Made by a program: the position numbers and the translations under genes. A stretch of DNA of 63,237 bases, the filler included, from Octopus bimaculoides (taxonomy: Eukaryota): assembly GCF_001194135.2 (NCBI RefSeq). It is 6 parts of 5 records of this genome, joined end to end, with 100 filler letters (N's around TTAATTAATTAA, not from the genome) between each part and the next. Parts side by side here need not be neighbours in the genome. Positions count along the whole stretch, not along the records: positions 23,478 to 47,902 come from NC_068990.1; 5 more parts are not named here. One strand, 5' to 3'. Shown one piece after another: positions 26,376 through 38,490 of the stretch; the stretch's first letter is position 1, and every line of letters begins with the position of its first letter. Below the pieces are notes generated by a model. That model saw only the letters and a list, made by a program, of their open reading frames with translations. It did no database searches and had not been told where the DNA came from.

Positions 26376-28150
26376 TAGATATTTAGACCTTTATATGTAT
26401 GTGAAATAANNNNNNNNNNNNNNNNNNNNNNNNNNNNNNNNNNNNNNNNNNNNNNNNNNNNNNNNNNNNNNNNNNNNNNNNNNNNNNNNNNNNNNNNNNN
26501 NNNNNNNNNNNNNNNNNNNNNNNNNNNNNNNNNNNNNNNNNNNNNNNNNNNNNNNNNNNNNNNNNNNNNNNNNNNNNNNNNNNNNNNNNNNNNNNNNNNN
26601 NNNNNNNNNNNNNNNNNNNNNNNNNNNNNNNNNNNNNNNNNNNNNNNNNNNNNNNNNNNNNNNNNNNNNNNNNNNNNNNNNGTGTGTCTGTGTGTGTGTG
26701 TGTGTGTGCGTTATGTATATATCCCTCGACACTACTGCTCTGCTAAAACTAAACTCTTCCACGTCATATCTTACCATCATAAATAAGGAAACGAAAGGTT
26801 TCTCTTTAATGAAAAATAACGGGATGATCACGGCTGGAATGCCTTTGATCATAGGTTATGCTCGATCAGATTTGAGTTCTGACTAAATATCATCATCACC
26901 AATCTCACCATCATCAACAGCTACAACAACAACAACAACAACAACAACAACATCAACAACCTACAAGAATACTTTTGAAGTTAATGATAATCATATATAC
27001 TGAACAGTAATGTTATTACTGTTCAAGGTTATAATTACGTGAAAAAAAAACGAAACAAAAAACAAACAAACAAAAAAATTAGAAAAACGGAGACGACATG
27101 TTGAATTATTCATGAAGTCATTAATTAATAATGAATACGAGACCCAGTAATTAAAATACTACTGAATAAAATATACATTTGACCACACAGTATTTTATAA
27201 CTAAACTAATTGAAAAAATACCACACGACGGTGTTAATTTTCATGGTACGTTATTATTTACAGAAAGCAATAGCACGATTTCTACGTTTGTTTCTTATTA
27301 GATAAATATGTTTTACGTTCATTGGTTATAGTATCTACTTTTTTTTTCTTTAATCTATTACTTAATCGAGTCGCTGTGCTGCAGTTGCGAGCGCTGGGGA
27401 TCCGCTTTGAAGGATTTCGTTCTCCACAGAAAAATCGACTGCAGTACTTTTTTTTTTTTTTAAGCCCGATATTTGTTCTATCTGTGTGTTTTGCTGAGGC
27501 TCTAATGTTACGCTCACGTAAAACAAGGGGCACCGGTTGTCGAGTGGTGGTAGAGGACGAACAGAAACACATACACAATCACATACTCACGCACACACTC
27601 ACACACACACGCTTGCACACGCACGCACACGCACGCGCATATATATGTGTGTGTATGTATGTATGTATGTATGTATGCATGTATGTATCTATGTATGTAT
27701 GCATGCATGTATGTATGTATAAGACGGGCTTCTCTTAGTCTCCGTCTAACAAATCCACCCACGAGTGTTTGCTCGGCCCGTTGCTATTCGAGAAGACTAA
27801 ACCCAAGACCTCGCGGCTGGTAAGCAAGCTTCTCAACCACACATCACGCTTGCGCCTATTAACATATAATAAGCATGGAAATACGTTAATACTTTGCTAT
27901 GCGAAACACACGTATTAGTATTTAATGATGTGTAATGTAAGCTAAGCATAGATATCTAATGCATTAATAGGTAACACACGTGATATGTATTAGCGCATTA
28001 GCGACGCGAAGTACGGTTATACTTTGCTTTATATGTTCTACATAAATATATAATGAAGTGTGCGTTAATACCCAACATGTGAATACAAAATAGGTTAATA
28101 CGTGACTCGGTGATACGGTATTTTGGTTTACAAGTTATAATTTAAATATA

Positions 28151-29296
28151 CAGGGTGCGGTGAATAAATGGTCGCCTAATTTACGCAAAAATGATGATAA
28201 CACTGACATCTCACTTTAACAGATATATTTACCAAAATTACATAAAAATATCTTGAAATACTGAGAAGTAAATTTATTCAATAAAATCGACATTGGCTTC
28301 AACCAGTCTCCAGACAGCTTCGGAATCTCCTGCATCTCTTCTGGACGGTCTCTTTGTTTATGTTGGTGAATGCTGCCATAATCCTTGCCTTCAGTTCATC
28401 TTTGGTTTCACAAGAAGTTTTGTTGGTATCTCGCTCAACTGCACTCCATACATAATAATCAAGGAGGGTGTAGTCTGGGGAATGAGGTGGCTAGAATTTA
28501 GGCGCGATGTAGTCGCAGAAATTGTCTGAAAGCCATGACTGTGTTCTCCTGCTTGTGTAGAATGGTGCAGTGTCCTGTTGCCAGACATAGTGTCTTCCAG
28601 TAGCCACCCTCTTGAGCCAGAGCAGCACTACATCTTCCAGGCACTTGATGTAGGCCTCCATGTTGAGGGTGATGCCGTGTGGGAAGATGAATTGAGGCAT
28701 AACATCGCTATCATTAGTGATCACCCCAAACACCATGATGTTGGCTGGATGTTTGATTTTTATCACTCTCGGAACATGTTTTGGGACACAGAGAGCCAAC
28801 GGTTGTTCTGTGTATTCACCATTTGATCCCGGTGGAAATTTTTCTCGTCTGAAATAAACCAAAGCATGTCTTGTTGGAGGGGATGCTTGAGTTCAAAAGC
28901 GTCATAGCGCGGTCTTTCCTTTTGTCCTTGACGGTTTGAGCTACAAATTAGCCCTTTTTCATCTTGCATGAGGAATACCGAATGTCTTCATGCACTACCT
29001 GCCTGTTAAGAAACTCAGATATTCCCATGTCCCATGCGATTGACCTGATTGACTTGGAAGTATCGTTGTCAATCATGGCCCGGATCTCACCAACAAATTC
29101 AGGAGTTCTTTCCTTATTAGAACGATCAGAGTGAGTTTTCCGAGCCGCCGTACCTTCGTAATCACCATTAGAATTATCCAACTTTTTCCGAATTCTTTGC
29201 ACTGTCCTCATGTTGACACATAAACACTCTGAAATGTTCGTATTGGTGCTTCCGACGTGAATACCAAGCAGTGCAGCATGTCGTTTCCAAATTTCT
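28151..29296 (-). mobile_element. Tc1/mariner DD37D (maT) transposase relic, 5'-truncated
   Basis: TA|CAGGGTG terminus at 28151; HTH-type N-terminus, SDEKNF, QQDTAP..SPDYTLLD with 37 residues counted between the 2nd and 3rd Asp; TAG at the conserved Trp plus frameshifts. Confidence 0.88.
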
Positions 29297-29830
29297 GGCA
29301 AAGAATGCCCTGAGACTTTTGGCGGATTTGATGCAGCGGCTTCTGCCAGTGTTGCATGACACTGTACCCCATCTCCTAGCAATCCGTGCTTGAAGCAGGC
29401 CTTCTGGTATGTTCAGCATACCTTGTCATCAAAAGATTTAGTCCTCTGACTTCGTGCAGTAAAAGACTGAGGTAGAAATAATCCTGTTGACTNNNNNNNN
29501 NNTTTAGTCCTCTGACTTCGTGCAGTAAAAGACTGAGGTAGAAATAATCCTGTTGACTGTGATGGACCGTTTAAACGTTCCCAAGGCTGGGACTTAGATG
29601 CAGCAGCCTCTGCCAGCGTCGCATCCCACTGTGCCCCATCTACTAGCAACCCGTGCTTGAAGCAGACCTCCCGGTATGTTCCACATACCTAGTCATCAAA
29701 GGTTTTCAGATCCTGGAAACACTTCTGTTGACTGAGATGAACTGTGTAAACTCTCCCAGACAATTGCCAGCATGTCCATCAACATCTTGACTAGCCTTTC
29801 TTCGTACCCACTTCTTTTTGGCATTTATAC
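29297..29830 (-). mobile_element. Helitron Rep-region fragments, duplicated
   Basis: KKWVRRK..DGH..LG, TY(R/Q)..CFKHGLL.DGAQWDATLAEAA and SLRAFFA resemble Helitron RepHel; the motif occurs twice about 270 bp apart. Confidence 0.75.
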
Positions 29831-29869
29831 AAATTGTAAGTTTATTGATGAAGTAGTGTGAAAGACGTG

Positions 29870-30260
29870 TGGAGGTAGGTACATAGAAAGCCTACAGGAC
29901 CTCTCTGTAGACAATAATTTTTGTTTTATCTTGCAGAACAAATGCGAATAGGTTGCTTTTGGTCCGCTCTCTGGAGCAGCCAACATAAAATTGCCCGTGT
30001 AAGAAACACGACTAGTCGATATGAGGTCCTGCCACAAAAAGTGTATACCCCCGCGATTTGTTGATCGACATCCTAAACTTACGCGATCAGGAAATTGCAA
30101 CCGACTGAAAGTAAAGGGAATTTCTGCTCTCGAGAGAATAATTGAGATCCTTGGTATGAAGACGTCATCTCCCTGTGTACATTCGGACATAATAGTAGCC
30201 TCAATAACACGTGGCATCCGCTTCGTCCTCACTGGTCGTGTCCCAGCGGCATTATTGGAG
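29870..30260 (-). mobile_element. Helitron PIF1-like helicase C-terminal fragment
   Basis: ORF 29825-30478 contains MPRVIEATIMSECTQGDDVFIPRISII..IPFTFSRLQFP, then shifts frame. Confidence 0.85.
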
Positions 30261-30309
30261 TGCCCACTTTCAATCCTAACCTGAAGGGATGGAGACCCAG
30301 GGGTTCCAA

Positions 30310-31191
30310 CTGGAGCTCTGGGCAAAATGTTATAGTGCATGACCATCTTTGGTACATAAATAATATGTATGTAAAGTTTGGTGAAAATCGATTGAAAACT
30401 GTAGGAATGCATACGTACTACACACACATATACACAGACATCCTTTGTTGGGAGAACGTACAAATACCGTAAAGACAATGATATTTATGCACAACAAAAC
30501 TGAAATACACGGAAGTCAATTTTTAGGCAGATGTGGCAAAACTGAATTCAAACACACTGGGTGAACATAAATGAAAAATAACTAAATGACTTTTCAGGAA
30601 GAACGTACAAAAACCGTAACAATAGCGATTTTTACGCATGACTAATTTAAATACAAGGAAGTCAATTTGTAGAGAGAACTTACAAACTCCCTTTGAGCTC
30701 TAGAAGAAAATAGCTTGAGCGAAAAAAATTTCAATCGCTTTAGGATAGCTTTTCTAACGCTCAGTGGCGTGGTTGAAATCTCATTGGTTAGTAATAACGG
30801 CGCATCGTCTGTATGTGACCCATAGCAATCATACGTAAGCATGCGCGACCGCACGCACAACTTTTTTCGATAGGGGGAGAAATGTAAATAGTTTATCTAA
30901 ATAGACGGAGCGCAAAAGACTTTAAATAAGTAATGATATAGGAAGAAAGTACAAATGCCGTGAAAACAAAGATATTTGCGCACAACAAAATTGAAATACA
31001 CTGAAGACAATTTTTAGGCATATGTGGCAAAACTGAATTTAAATACACTGGGTAAACAAAAATTAAAGATAACTAAATTATTTTTCATGGACAACGTGCA
31101 TAAACCGTAAGAGCAGAGATTTTTACACGTGACTAATTGAAATACATCGAAGCAATTTGTAGACAGAAGTTAGTAAGTGTATGAGTGAGTT

Positions 31192-31264
<73 letters not shown>

Positions 31265-31640
31265 AACAGGCATAGACTAAACGAGAGGAACTAATACAGA
31301 GTGTGAGAGAGAATATGTGTAAGGAAGAGAAACAGAGACTGACAAAAAGAGAGAGAAGAGAGAAATAAACAGAGAAAGAAAATAGAGAGAATCAATTGAA
31401 ACCTGCTGACGGTTTTAGAGAAAAACCCTTCTAAAATAACTTTTTCCCTCTTTTTTTTGCTTTACGCGGGAGCTCTGGGCAAAATGTTGTAATGCATGAC
31501 CCTCCTTAGCACGTAAGTAATGTGTGTGCAAAGTTTGGTGAAAATCGGTTGAAAACTATAGAAATGCATACGTACTACACACACACACACACACACACAT
31601 ATAAATACATTGAGAGAGACAGAAAAGCGCAAACATACAT
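30310..31640 (-). mobile_element. Cluster of non-autonomous Helitron-like units
   Basis: ggagctctgggcaaaatgtt..aagtttggtgaaaatcg..gcatacgtactacacac at about 30311 and 31469; a second 215-bp block is repeated at about 30460 and 30952. Confidence 0.6.
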
Positions 31641-31903
31641 ACACACACACACACATATCTATATATTTATGTGTGCGTGTTTCCGTATAGGTTTGTGCCG
31701 GTGTTGGTTTGTTTACATCTCTGTAACGAAGCAGTTCGGCACAAGTGACCGATAGAAAATGTACCTGACGTAAAAATGTAAGTAATGCGGTGGATCTGTT
31801 CGACTAGCCTTCTCAAAGATTTATAACGTTAATAATAAGGTGGATTCATTCTTTCAACAATAAATGAATGTGAATGAGTATTAATTTTGTAGCGTTAATA
31901 TAC

Positions 31904-32018
31904 GACTTATAACGATTTCGGATTTTATTCCCGCCATTAACATGTGTAGACTGTATATAACAAACTGAATAAGTCTGAACTGAATTGACTTCAGAGGAAA
32001 ATATTTTGGTGTTGTAGA
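31904..32018 (-). CDS. Candidate internal exon (STTPKYFPLKSIQFRLIQFVIYSLHMLMAGIKSEIVIS)
   Basis: Strong acceptor tttctattttgttttcag|TCTA; donor weak (C|gtatat at 31903, or A|gtcgta at 31906); phase 0 in, phase 1 out. Confidence 0.3.
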
Positions 32019-32120
32019 CTGAAAACAAAATAGAAAAAAAAGAGTCGTCTTTTCTCACAGAATTATTTCTCTTACACATATACACACGCTAAAATATGGA
32101 CAAACGGACACACGCACAGA

Positions 32121-32152
<32 letters not shown>

Positions 32153-33003
32153 NNNNNNNNNNNNNNNNNNNNNNNNNNNNNNNNNNNNNNNNNNNNNNNN
32201 NNNNNNNNNNNNNNNNNNNNNNNNNNNNNNNNNNNNNNNNNNNNNNNNNNNNNNNNNNNNNNNNNNNNNNNNNNNNNNNNNNNNNNNNNNNNNNNNNNNN
32301 NNNNNNNNNNNNNNNNNNNNNNNNNNNNNNNNNNNNNNNNNNNNNNNNNNNNNNNNNNNNNNNNNNNNNNNNNNNNNNNNNNNNNNNNNNNNNNNNNNNN
32401 NNNNNNNNNNNNNNNNNNNNNNNNNNNNNNNNNNNNNNNNNNNNNNNNNNNNNNNNNNNNNNNNNNNNNNNNNNNNNNNNNNNNNNNNNNNNNNNNNNNN
32501 NNNNNNNNNNNNNNNNNNNNNNNNNNNNNNNNNNNNNNNNNNNNNNNNNNNNNNNNNNNNNNNNNNNNNNNNNNNNNNNNNNNNNNNNNNNNNNNNNNNN
32601 NNNNNNNNNNNNNNNNNNNNNNNNNNNNNNNNNNNNNNNNNNNNNNNNNNNNNNNNNNNNNNNNNNNNNNNNNNNNNNNNNNNNNNNNNNNNNNNNNNNA
32701 GAATTATTTCTCTTACACATATACACACGCTAAAATATGGACAAACGGACACACGCACAGAGAATATATATATATATTTTTTATCTTTTACTTGTTTCAG
32801 TCATTAGACTGTGGCCATGCTGGGATAAGGGAAAAGTTGACATAATAATCTGAAAAAAAGAACCCTTAGCTAATTTCTAACGTTTCCCCATTAGGAAGAA
32901 TTAGGAAGACTAGGAAGAATTTGTGAATTACTGTACTGACATATTTGATGAAAAATCTGTCCGAAACTGAAGAAAAATTCTTAAAGATCTAAGGGTTTCT
33001 TAC

Positions 33004-33262
33004 CGCAACACATTTCTCTAATATTTCTTCGTTTTCGAAAATTTCACGTGTAATCATTTTCATTCCAAGAGTCGAAAATCGCATCTCAACTTCGATTTTG
33101 CTCAACCTCTTGATTCTCCTTTGAACTGGTAAAGGTAGAGCTATGATTCGACTACCAGGACCTGTTTCAGGTGGCGGTTTTTGCCCCTTCTTCAATTTCT
33201 CCGCAAATATATCAGAGCCTTGTGGTTCAATTTCTGTGGCCATTTTCTTTAAAAAATCTAAT
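33004..33262 (-). CDS. Probable coding exon with start codon (ATG 33243; MATEIEPQGSDIFAEKLKKGQKPPPETGPGSRIIALPLPVQRRIKRLSKIEVEMRFSTLGMKMITREIFENEEILEKCVA)
   Basis: Acceptor tttgcattttgttttacag|ATTAG, donor GCG|gtaaga, context AAAATGG, 80 open codons with protein-like composition, not repeat-like. The 19 nt before the ATG are also open. Confidence 0.7.
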
Positions 33263-33349
33263 CTGTAAAACAAAATGCAAATGTATAACATTAATTTTCT
33301 CTAAAATATAAAGCACAGAAATTAAACATGCACAAACATATATGTATGA

Positions 33350-33733
33350 CCTGGAATAATTGGATTATTCACTATGACAATGCACACTGCTACTCATGAG
33401 TTTGTCACCAAAAACAACATGGTGTCGTTTCCGCACTCACCCTCTTCGCCAGATTTAGCATCTGCAGACTTCCACGTTTTCTCCAAGATGAAACGCAGCT
33501 CAAGAGTCGCCCGTTTTAACACGATTGTCGGGATCTAGAGCGAATCGCAGAAGGTTCTCGACTCGCTTGCGGAAAACGACTTCCACGCTAGATTTCAAAA
33601 GTGACAGGAATGTTGGGACTGGTGTAGTGCTGCGCAAGGTGGCTATTTCGACGGAGATAATGTTAAAACTTAGGAAAATAAATCATTTTTTTATCAAACA
33701 TAACTATTATAGGAACATTTTGATACTACCTCG
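33350..33733 (+). mobile_element. mariner (DD34D-type) transposase 3' relic
   Basis: IIHYDNA..PHSPSSPDLASADF..GGYFDGD; ends in a TIR-like ..tactacctcg|TA. Confidence 0.8.
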
Positions 33734-33804
33734 TATGCATACATACGCACAAACTTTGTTCATAGTTTGTAGCTTCATATTTTTCTTCTCCACATCTCAG
33801 TAGC

Positions 33805-33990
33805 AAGCGTAGCTGTGTGGCAAGAAGTTTGCGTCCCAATCACATAGTCTCAGGTTCATTCCCACTGCGTAGCGCCTCGCGAACAGATGTCTTCTACTAT
33901 AGCCCGAGACGATTAAAGACTTGTGGGTGGATTTGACAGGACGAAACCAAACTCTACAAGGTGTTGCCTAATCACGGATGCAGTGCAATG
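33805..33990 (+). mobile_element. SINE-B, internally deleted
   Basis: gtagctgtgtggcaagaag..cccactgcgt..gtcttctactatagccc..gtggatttg. Confidence 0.7.
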
Positions 33991-34397
33991 AGTGAATCAA
34001 ACAAACGATATTAGACTGTGGCCACGCTTGGACAAGGGAAAAGTCGACATAATAATCTAAAAGAGAACCCATAGGTAATTTCTTTCGTTTCCCCATTATT
34101 TCTTACCGCAACACATTTCGGAGACTAGGAAGAATTCGTAAATTAGTGTACTGACATATTTGATGAAAAACCTCTCCGAAACGAAACTTCATTCGTAAAC
34201 CCTTCCATTTTATATGCCAAAAGGGCGATACACTTTCCACACATACTCTGCGAATATTTGTTTCTAATCAATATAATCAGATATTATTTGAATTTTCTTT
34301 TCTATCTTCAAATTCAAGTTATATGTTTTCCGAAGAACACATTTCAATTATGTACTGACATATGTCTTTTCAACTACACCCCTCTACATCTCGCGTG

Positions 34398-34625
34398 CAG
34401 GTACGTGATTTAGTGGTTAGCGTGTAGGACTTTCGATCGTAAGATTGTGGTTTCGATTGCTGGACCGGCTGACGCGTTGTGTTCTTGAGCAAGACACTTC
34501 ATTTCACGTTTCCCCAGTTCACTCAGTTGGCAAAAGTGAGTAACACTGTGGCAGACCAGAATTTATACGCCGTGGAACCTGGGAAACCGGTCCTATGAGT
34601 CGGAATAACTCGACAAGGAACTTTA
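34398..34625 (+). mobile_element. tRNA-derived SINE (head D, tail t2)
   Basis: A-box-like gatttagtggttagc and B-box-like gtttcgattgc; tail cctgggaaaccggtcctatgagtcgg is shared with 39707-39990. Confidence 0.7.
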
Positions 34626-34797
34626 CTTATTTACTCTACATCTTAGTGTGTTTATTATAAATGATTACGTTAGTAAAGATAATCTTTTTCTTTCTAACCA
34701 TGTAACCAAAAACAATTATGACCCCAATTTTCCCGCGACATATTTCAAATTTTACCCATCCGAATGGACATAGATCTCCCCAAACTATTTATAATTA

Positions 34798-35990
34798 CAG
34801 GGTGTCCCCAAAAAGTGTATTCGCTCTTTAAATGACAATAGATGCAATATCTATTGACTTAGATACAGGATTAATGGTTAAATGCATAAATAGAAAAATG
34901 CATGTTTACAAATGTTAGAACTGACGACCACCTTTTATAACCACAGCCTTTAATGCGGACCAATGAATTCAGCAGTGCTATGAATCATTTTATTTCGGAC
35001 TGCGACACATTGTCTTTCAATTTCCTCTTTCAACTCATCAACTGTTGCTGATTTTGAGCCGTAAACCTTATCTTTGCTATATCCTCAGAAAAAAGAACGT
35101 CATTGGAGTAAACGCGCAGGGGATACAACACTACCTCTTCACCCAATCTATCTGTTCGGGAAAGTTACATCCTGATAGGCCCTTACATCACGATGGTAGT
35201 GGGGAGGCGCTCCATTTGGCTGAAAGCAAATCTCTTCGTCACCATACAACTCTTCGACGCGTGGAGCGACAGATTCCTGTAGCAATTTTCGGTAAACATC
35301 CCGAGTGACAGTTTGGTCAAAAAGGAATGACACTAGGACACCCAATACTGATATCCCACATCACACTGTGACACGTGGTAAGTTCAAATGGTGTTCCATA
35401 GTAACATGAGGATTTTTAGGAGCCCAGTAGGTACAATTGTGTCGGTTAATTGAGCCATTTATCTTAAAGCTGACCGCATCGCTCCAAACAATTTTGGTAG
35501 GAAATGCTGCATATTCCACGCATTTGCCAAGATAACACTCAAAACATTTAGCCCTCCGGTCAGGATCGTCTTCATTTAGAGCGTGAATTAATGTTGGATT
35601 GCAAAATTTTCTGTGTAACTCTTTTGCTTCAAAATGCAATGGGCGCTTGATTTGGGGATACCTGGCTCACGAGTCATTTCTATGGGGATCAGTGGACGTT
35701 TTCCGGCTATTGTTTTTCCTTTACGGGGCAAGTTGATGACCGTGGTCTTCCTGAACACTCCTTATGGACTTCATGCCATGTTCCATCTGATTCAAACTTA
35801 TCTCGGATGCGAGCAATGACGCGTTACGTTGAGGAACTTTCAGAAAATGTCTTCTAAATTGCTTCTGCACTTCTATGATATTTTCGTGCTTCCAGAAGTG
35901 ATTTCGGAAAAATTCTGTATCTTCAAATCTAAGTCGTATTTTTGCCATAGATAGGGCCATCTTTAGCGGAGAAGCAGTGAAAACTTCAAT
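34798..35990 (-). mobile_element. Tc1/mariner transposase relic, probably DD41D (rosa-type)
   Basis: TA|CAGGGTG terminus at 34798; [43 protein letters not shown]. The D-D spacing cannot be counted because of a deletion, so the subfamily is inferred from motifs. Confidence 0.8.
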
Positions 35991-36224
35991 GAGTTATGCG
36001 AAGTCAAAATGTGAGTATCTTGAATGTATATTTTAGGGTTCGGTATATGTATTGAAAATATAACCCAACAATTTGGCAAATATATATATGAGCATTGGAC
36101 TGAAATAAGTACTGGGCGTGATAGAAATGCATTTACAAAACCTCAATTGAATGGTTAAAAACCAGTAAAACGTAAATAGTAATTTTTATGAATGTATACT
36201 TGTATAGCCATGAATAGAAACCCA

Positions 36225-36291
36225 TTGTGTGTGTAACTATATAGATATATACAACTGAACATACACACACGCACGCCCACGCACGCGCACG

Positions 36292-36384
<93 letters not shown>

Positions 36385-36664
36385 GCATATAAATGTACAT
36401 GTGTATGTGTGTATGGATATATACGTGTAGTGTATATTGGCGTCTGTAACTGTAAGAGAGTAAAAGTCTCTATTCCGACAGGTACACGCACACATATATA
36501 TATATATATATACATATACAAACATATACTTACACACACACAAAAATATATATATATATACACATATATATGGGTGTGGGTGTGTATTTATATATGTACA
36601 CATGTATATAAGCATATATATGTATACATACATATAAATACATGTATACACATATGCACACACA

Positions 36665-36720
<56 letters not shown>

Positions 36721-36800
36721 TGTATGTGTATGTGTGTGTGTATATATATCCGTACATAATTGCATACTTATCTGCATACATACATACATATTTATAGATA
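36225..36800. repeat. Compound microsatellite (CA)n/(TA)n/(TG)n
   Basis: Read directly; similar blocks at about 23740-23900, 31190-31262, 37940-38150, 40430-40836, 44268-44345, 50725-51000, 62920-63000 and 63180-63237. Confidence 0.95.
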
Positions 36801-37096
36801 TGCATTCATATCTATTTATGATTCGATAATCAAAACACATTTTGTACAGTAGCACAGTACGACACAGTCGTTGAACAAGCAATATATCAGAAAACCAAAA
36901 CAAAACAAGAGATAAACAGGGGAGATAATCACTAAATGATCACATGAATAAGATAGTTACATGGTACTGGCCTTAGATGTTCAAACAAAGATTTGAAGCG
37001 ATAGTCGTAACAATTTTTATCATGCAGTGTTTGAAATACAAATATACAAATATAATATTGGTAAATACAAGTGCATACTAACACACACACGCACAC

Positions 37097-37142
<46 letters not shown>

Positions 37143-37572
37143 ATAATGCAAAGTAAAGTACACATAATTCTTAGAAATAAAAATATACAATTGCACGCAT
37201 TTAAGCATACAGGAAAATATGTATGTACACAAATATATATACTTATTAAATTTTACAAGATAAAGTGTTGGCAGTGACTTCGAACTTTTGGCTTGCTTGT
37301 CTCCTATAAGACACATAACACATACATACCTCACACACACGTATTCATGCGTGAATGAATGTGTACATATATAGTGCTCTTCATTTATTGTTTTTTTTTT
37401 TATTGTTGTTCTTTTAGCAAATGCTCCTTTATCGCACATATATACATAGCAATTGTATATTCTTTGTGTGTTTTGTTCCGAATACAACACTACTGTTCAT
37501 TAACATTTAATACGTGCAGATATCAAAAAACGATATCATCATCGATACTGTTAGTAAAATTTCAATGCTTAC

Positions 37573-37578
37573 CATGCA
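37573..37578 (-). other. Candidate 6-nt microexon TGCATG
   Basis: Minus strand reads gtattttatttcag|TGCATG|gtaagc, with both splice sites near consensus. Confidence 0.25.
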
Positions 37579-37984
37579 CTGAAATAAAATACAGACCTCC
37601 CCAAATCATATATGTTCATCTATGTTTCCCTTATCGATGGAAGTTTACAATAGATGAAAGTGTTTCTTTATGTTCTATGAAGCATTGTATAGAAGAAACA
37701 TCAAAGAAAATAATAACATGGAATATATTTTGTATTTATTATATCAAGTCCCATATCGTTTAGTAAGCGCACCCCAACTCCATTTTGTTCTTTTTTGTTC
37801 TTTTTTTGTTTTTTTACACTTTATCGGTCTGTCTTTGTTTTGTATTTCAGTGTCTACATATCCGTTGATCTGTCTATCTACCTGTCTGTCTGACTGATTA
37901 TATGTCTGTCTCGCTCGATAAAAGATTACTATGTGTAGACAGATCAATACATAAATACATACATACATACATACATACATACAT

Positions 37985-38038
<54 letters not shown>

Positions 38039-38108
38039 GCACACTTTACTCTCTCTTTACACATGCATATATATATATGTGTGTGTATGTCTATGTAATG
38101 AGATAGAC

Positions 38109-38139
<31 letters not shown>

Positions 38140-38347
38140 AAGAGCACGGCTCNNNNNNNNNNNNNNNNNNNNNNNNNNNNNNNNNNNNNNNNNNNNNNNN
38201 NNNNNNNNNNNNNNNNNNNNNNNNNNNNNNNNNNNNNNNNNNNNNNNNNNNNNNNNNNNNNNNNNNNNNNNNNNNNNNNNNNNNNNNNNNNNNNNNNNNN
38301 NNNNNNNNNNNNNNNNNNNNNNNNNNNNNNNNNNNNNNNNNNNNNNN

Positions 38348-38429
<82 letters not shown>

Positions 38430-38490
38430 GCGTGTGTGTGTGTGTGCGCGCGCGCATATATGTATTTATATGCATGTGCCTGAGTATACC

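Noticed and set aside
26775-26882. Exon-like segment with an ATG|gtaaga donor (MIKGIPAVIIPLFF..)
   Set aside because: No acceptor gives a frame compatible with the neighbouring candidate exons.
36133-36903. Cys/Val, His/Thr and Tyr/Ile-rich ORFs
   Set aside because: Translations of (TG)n, (CA)n and (TA)n microsatellites.
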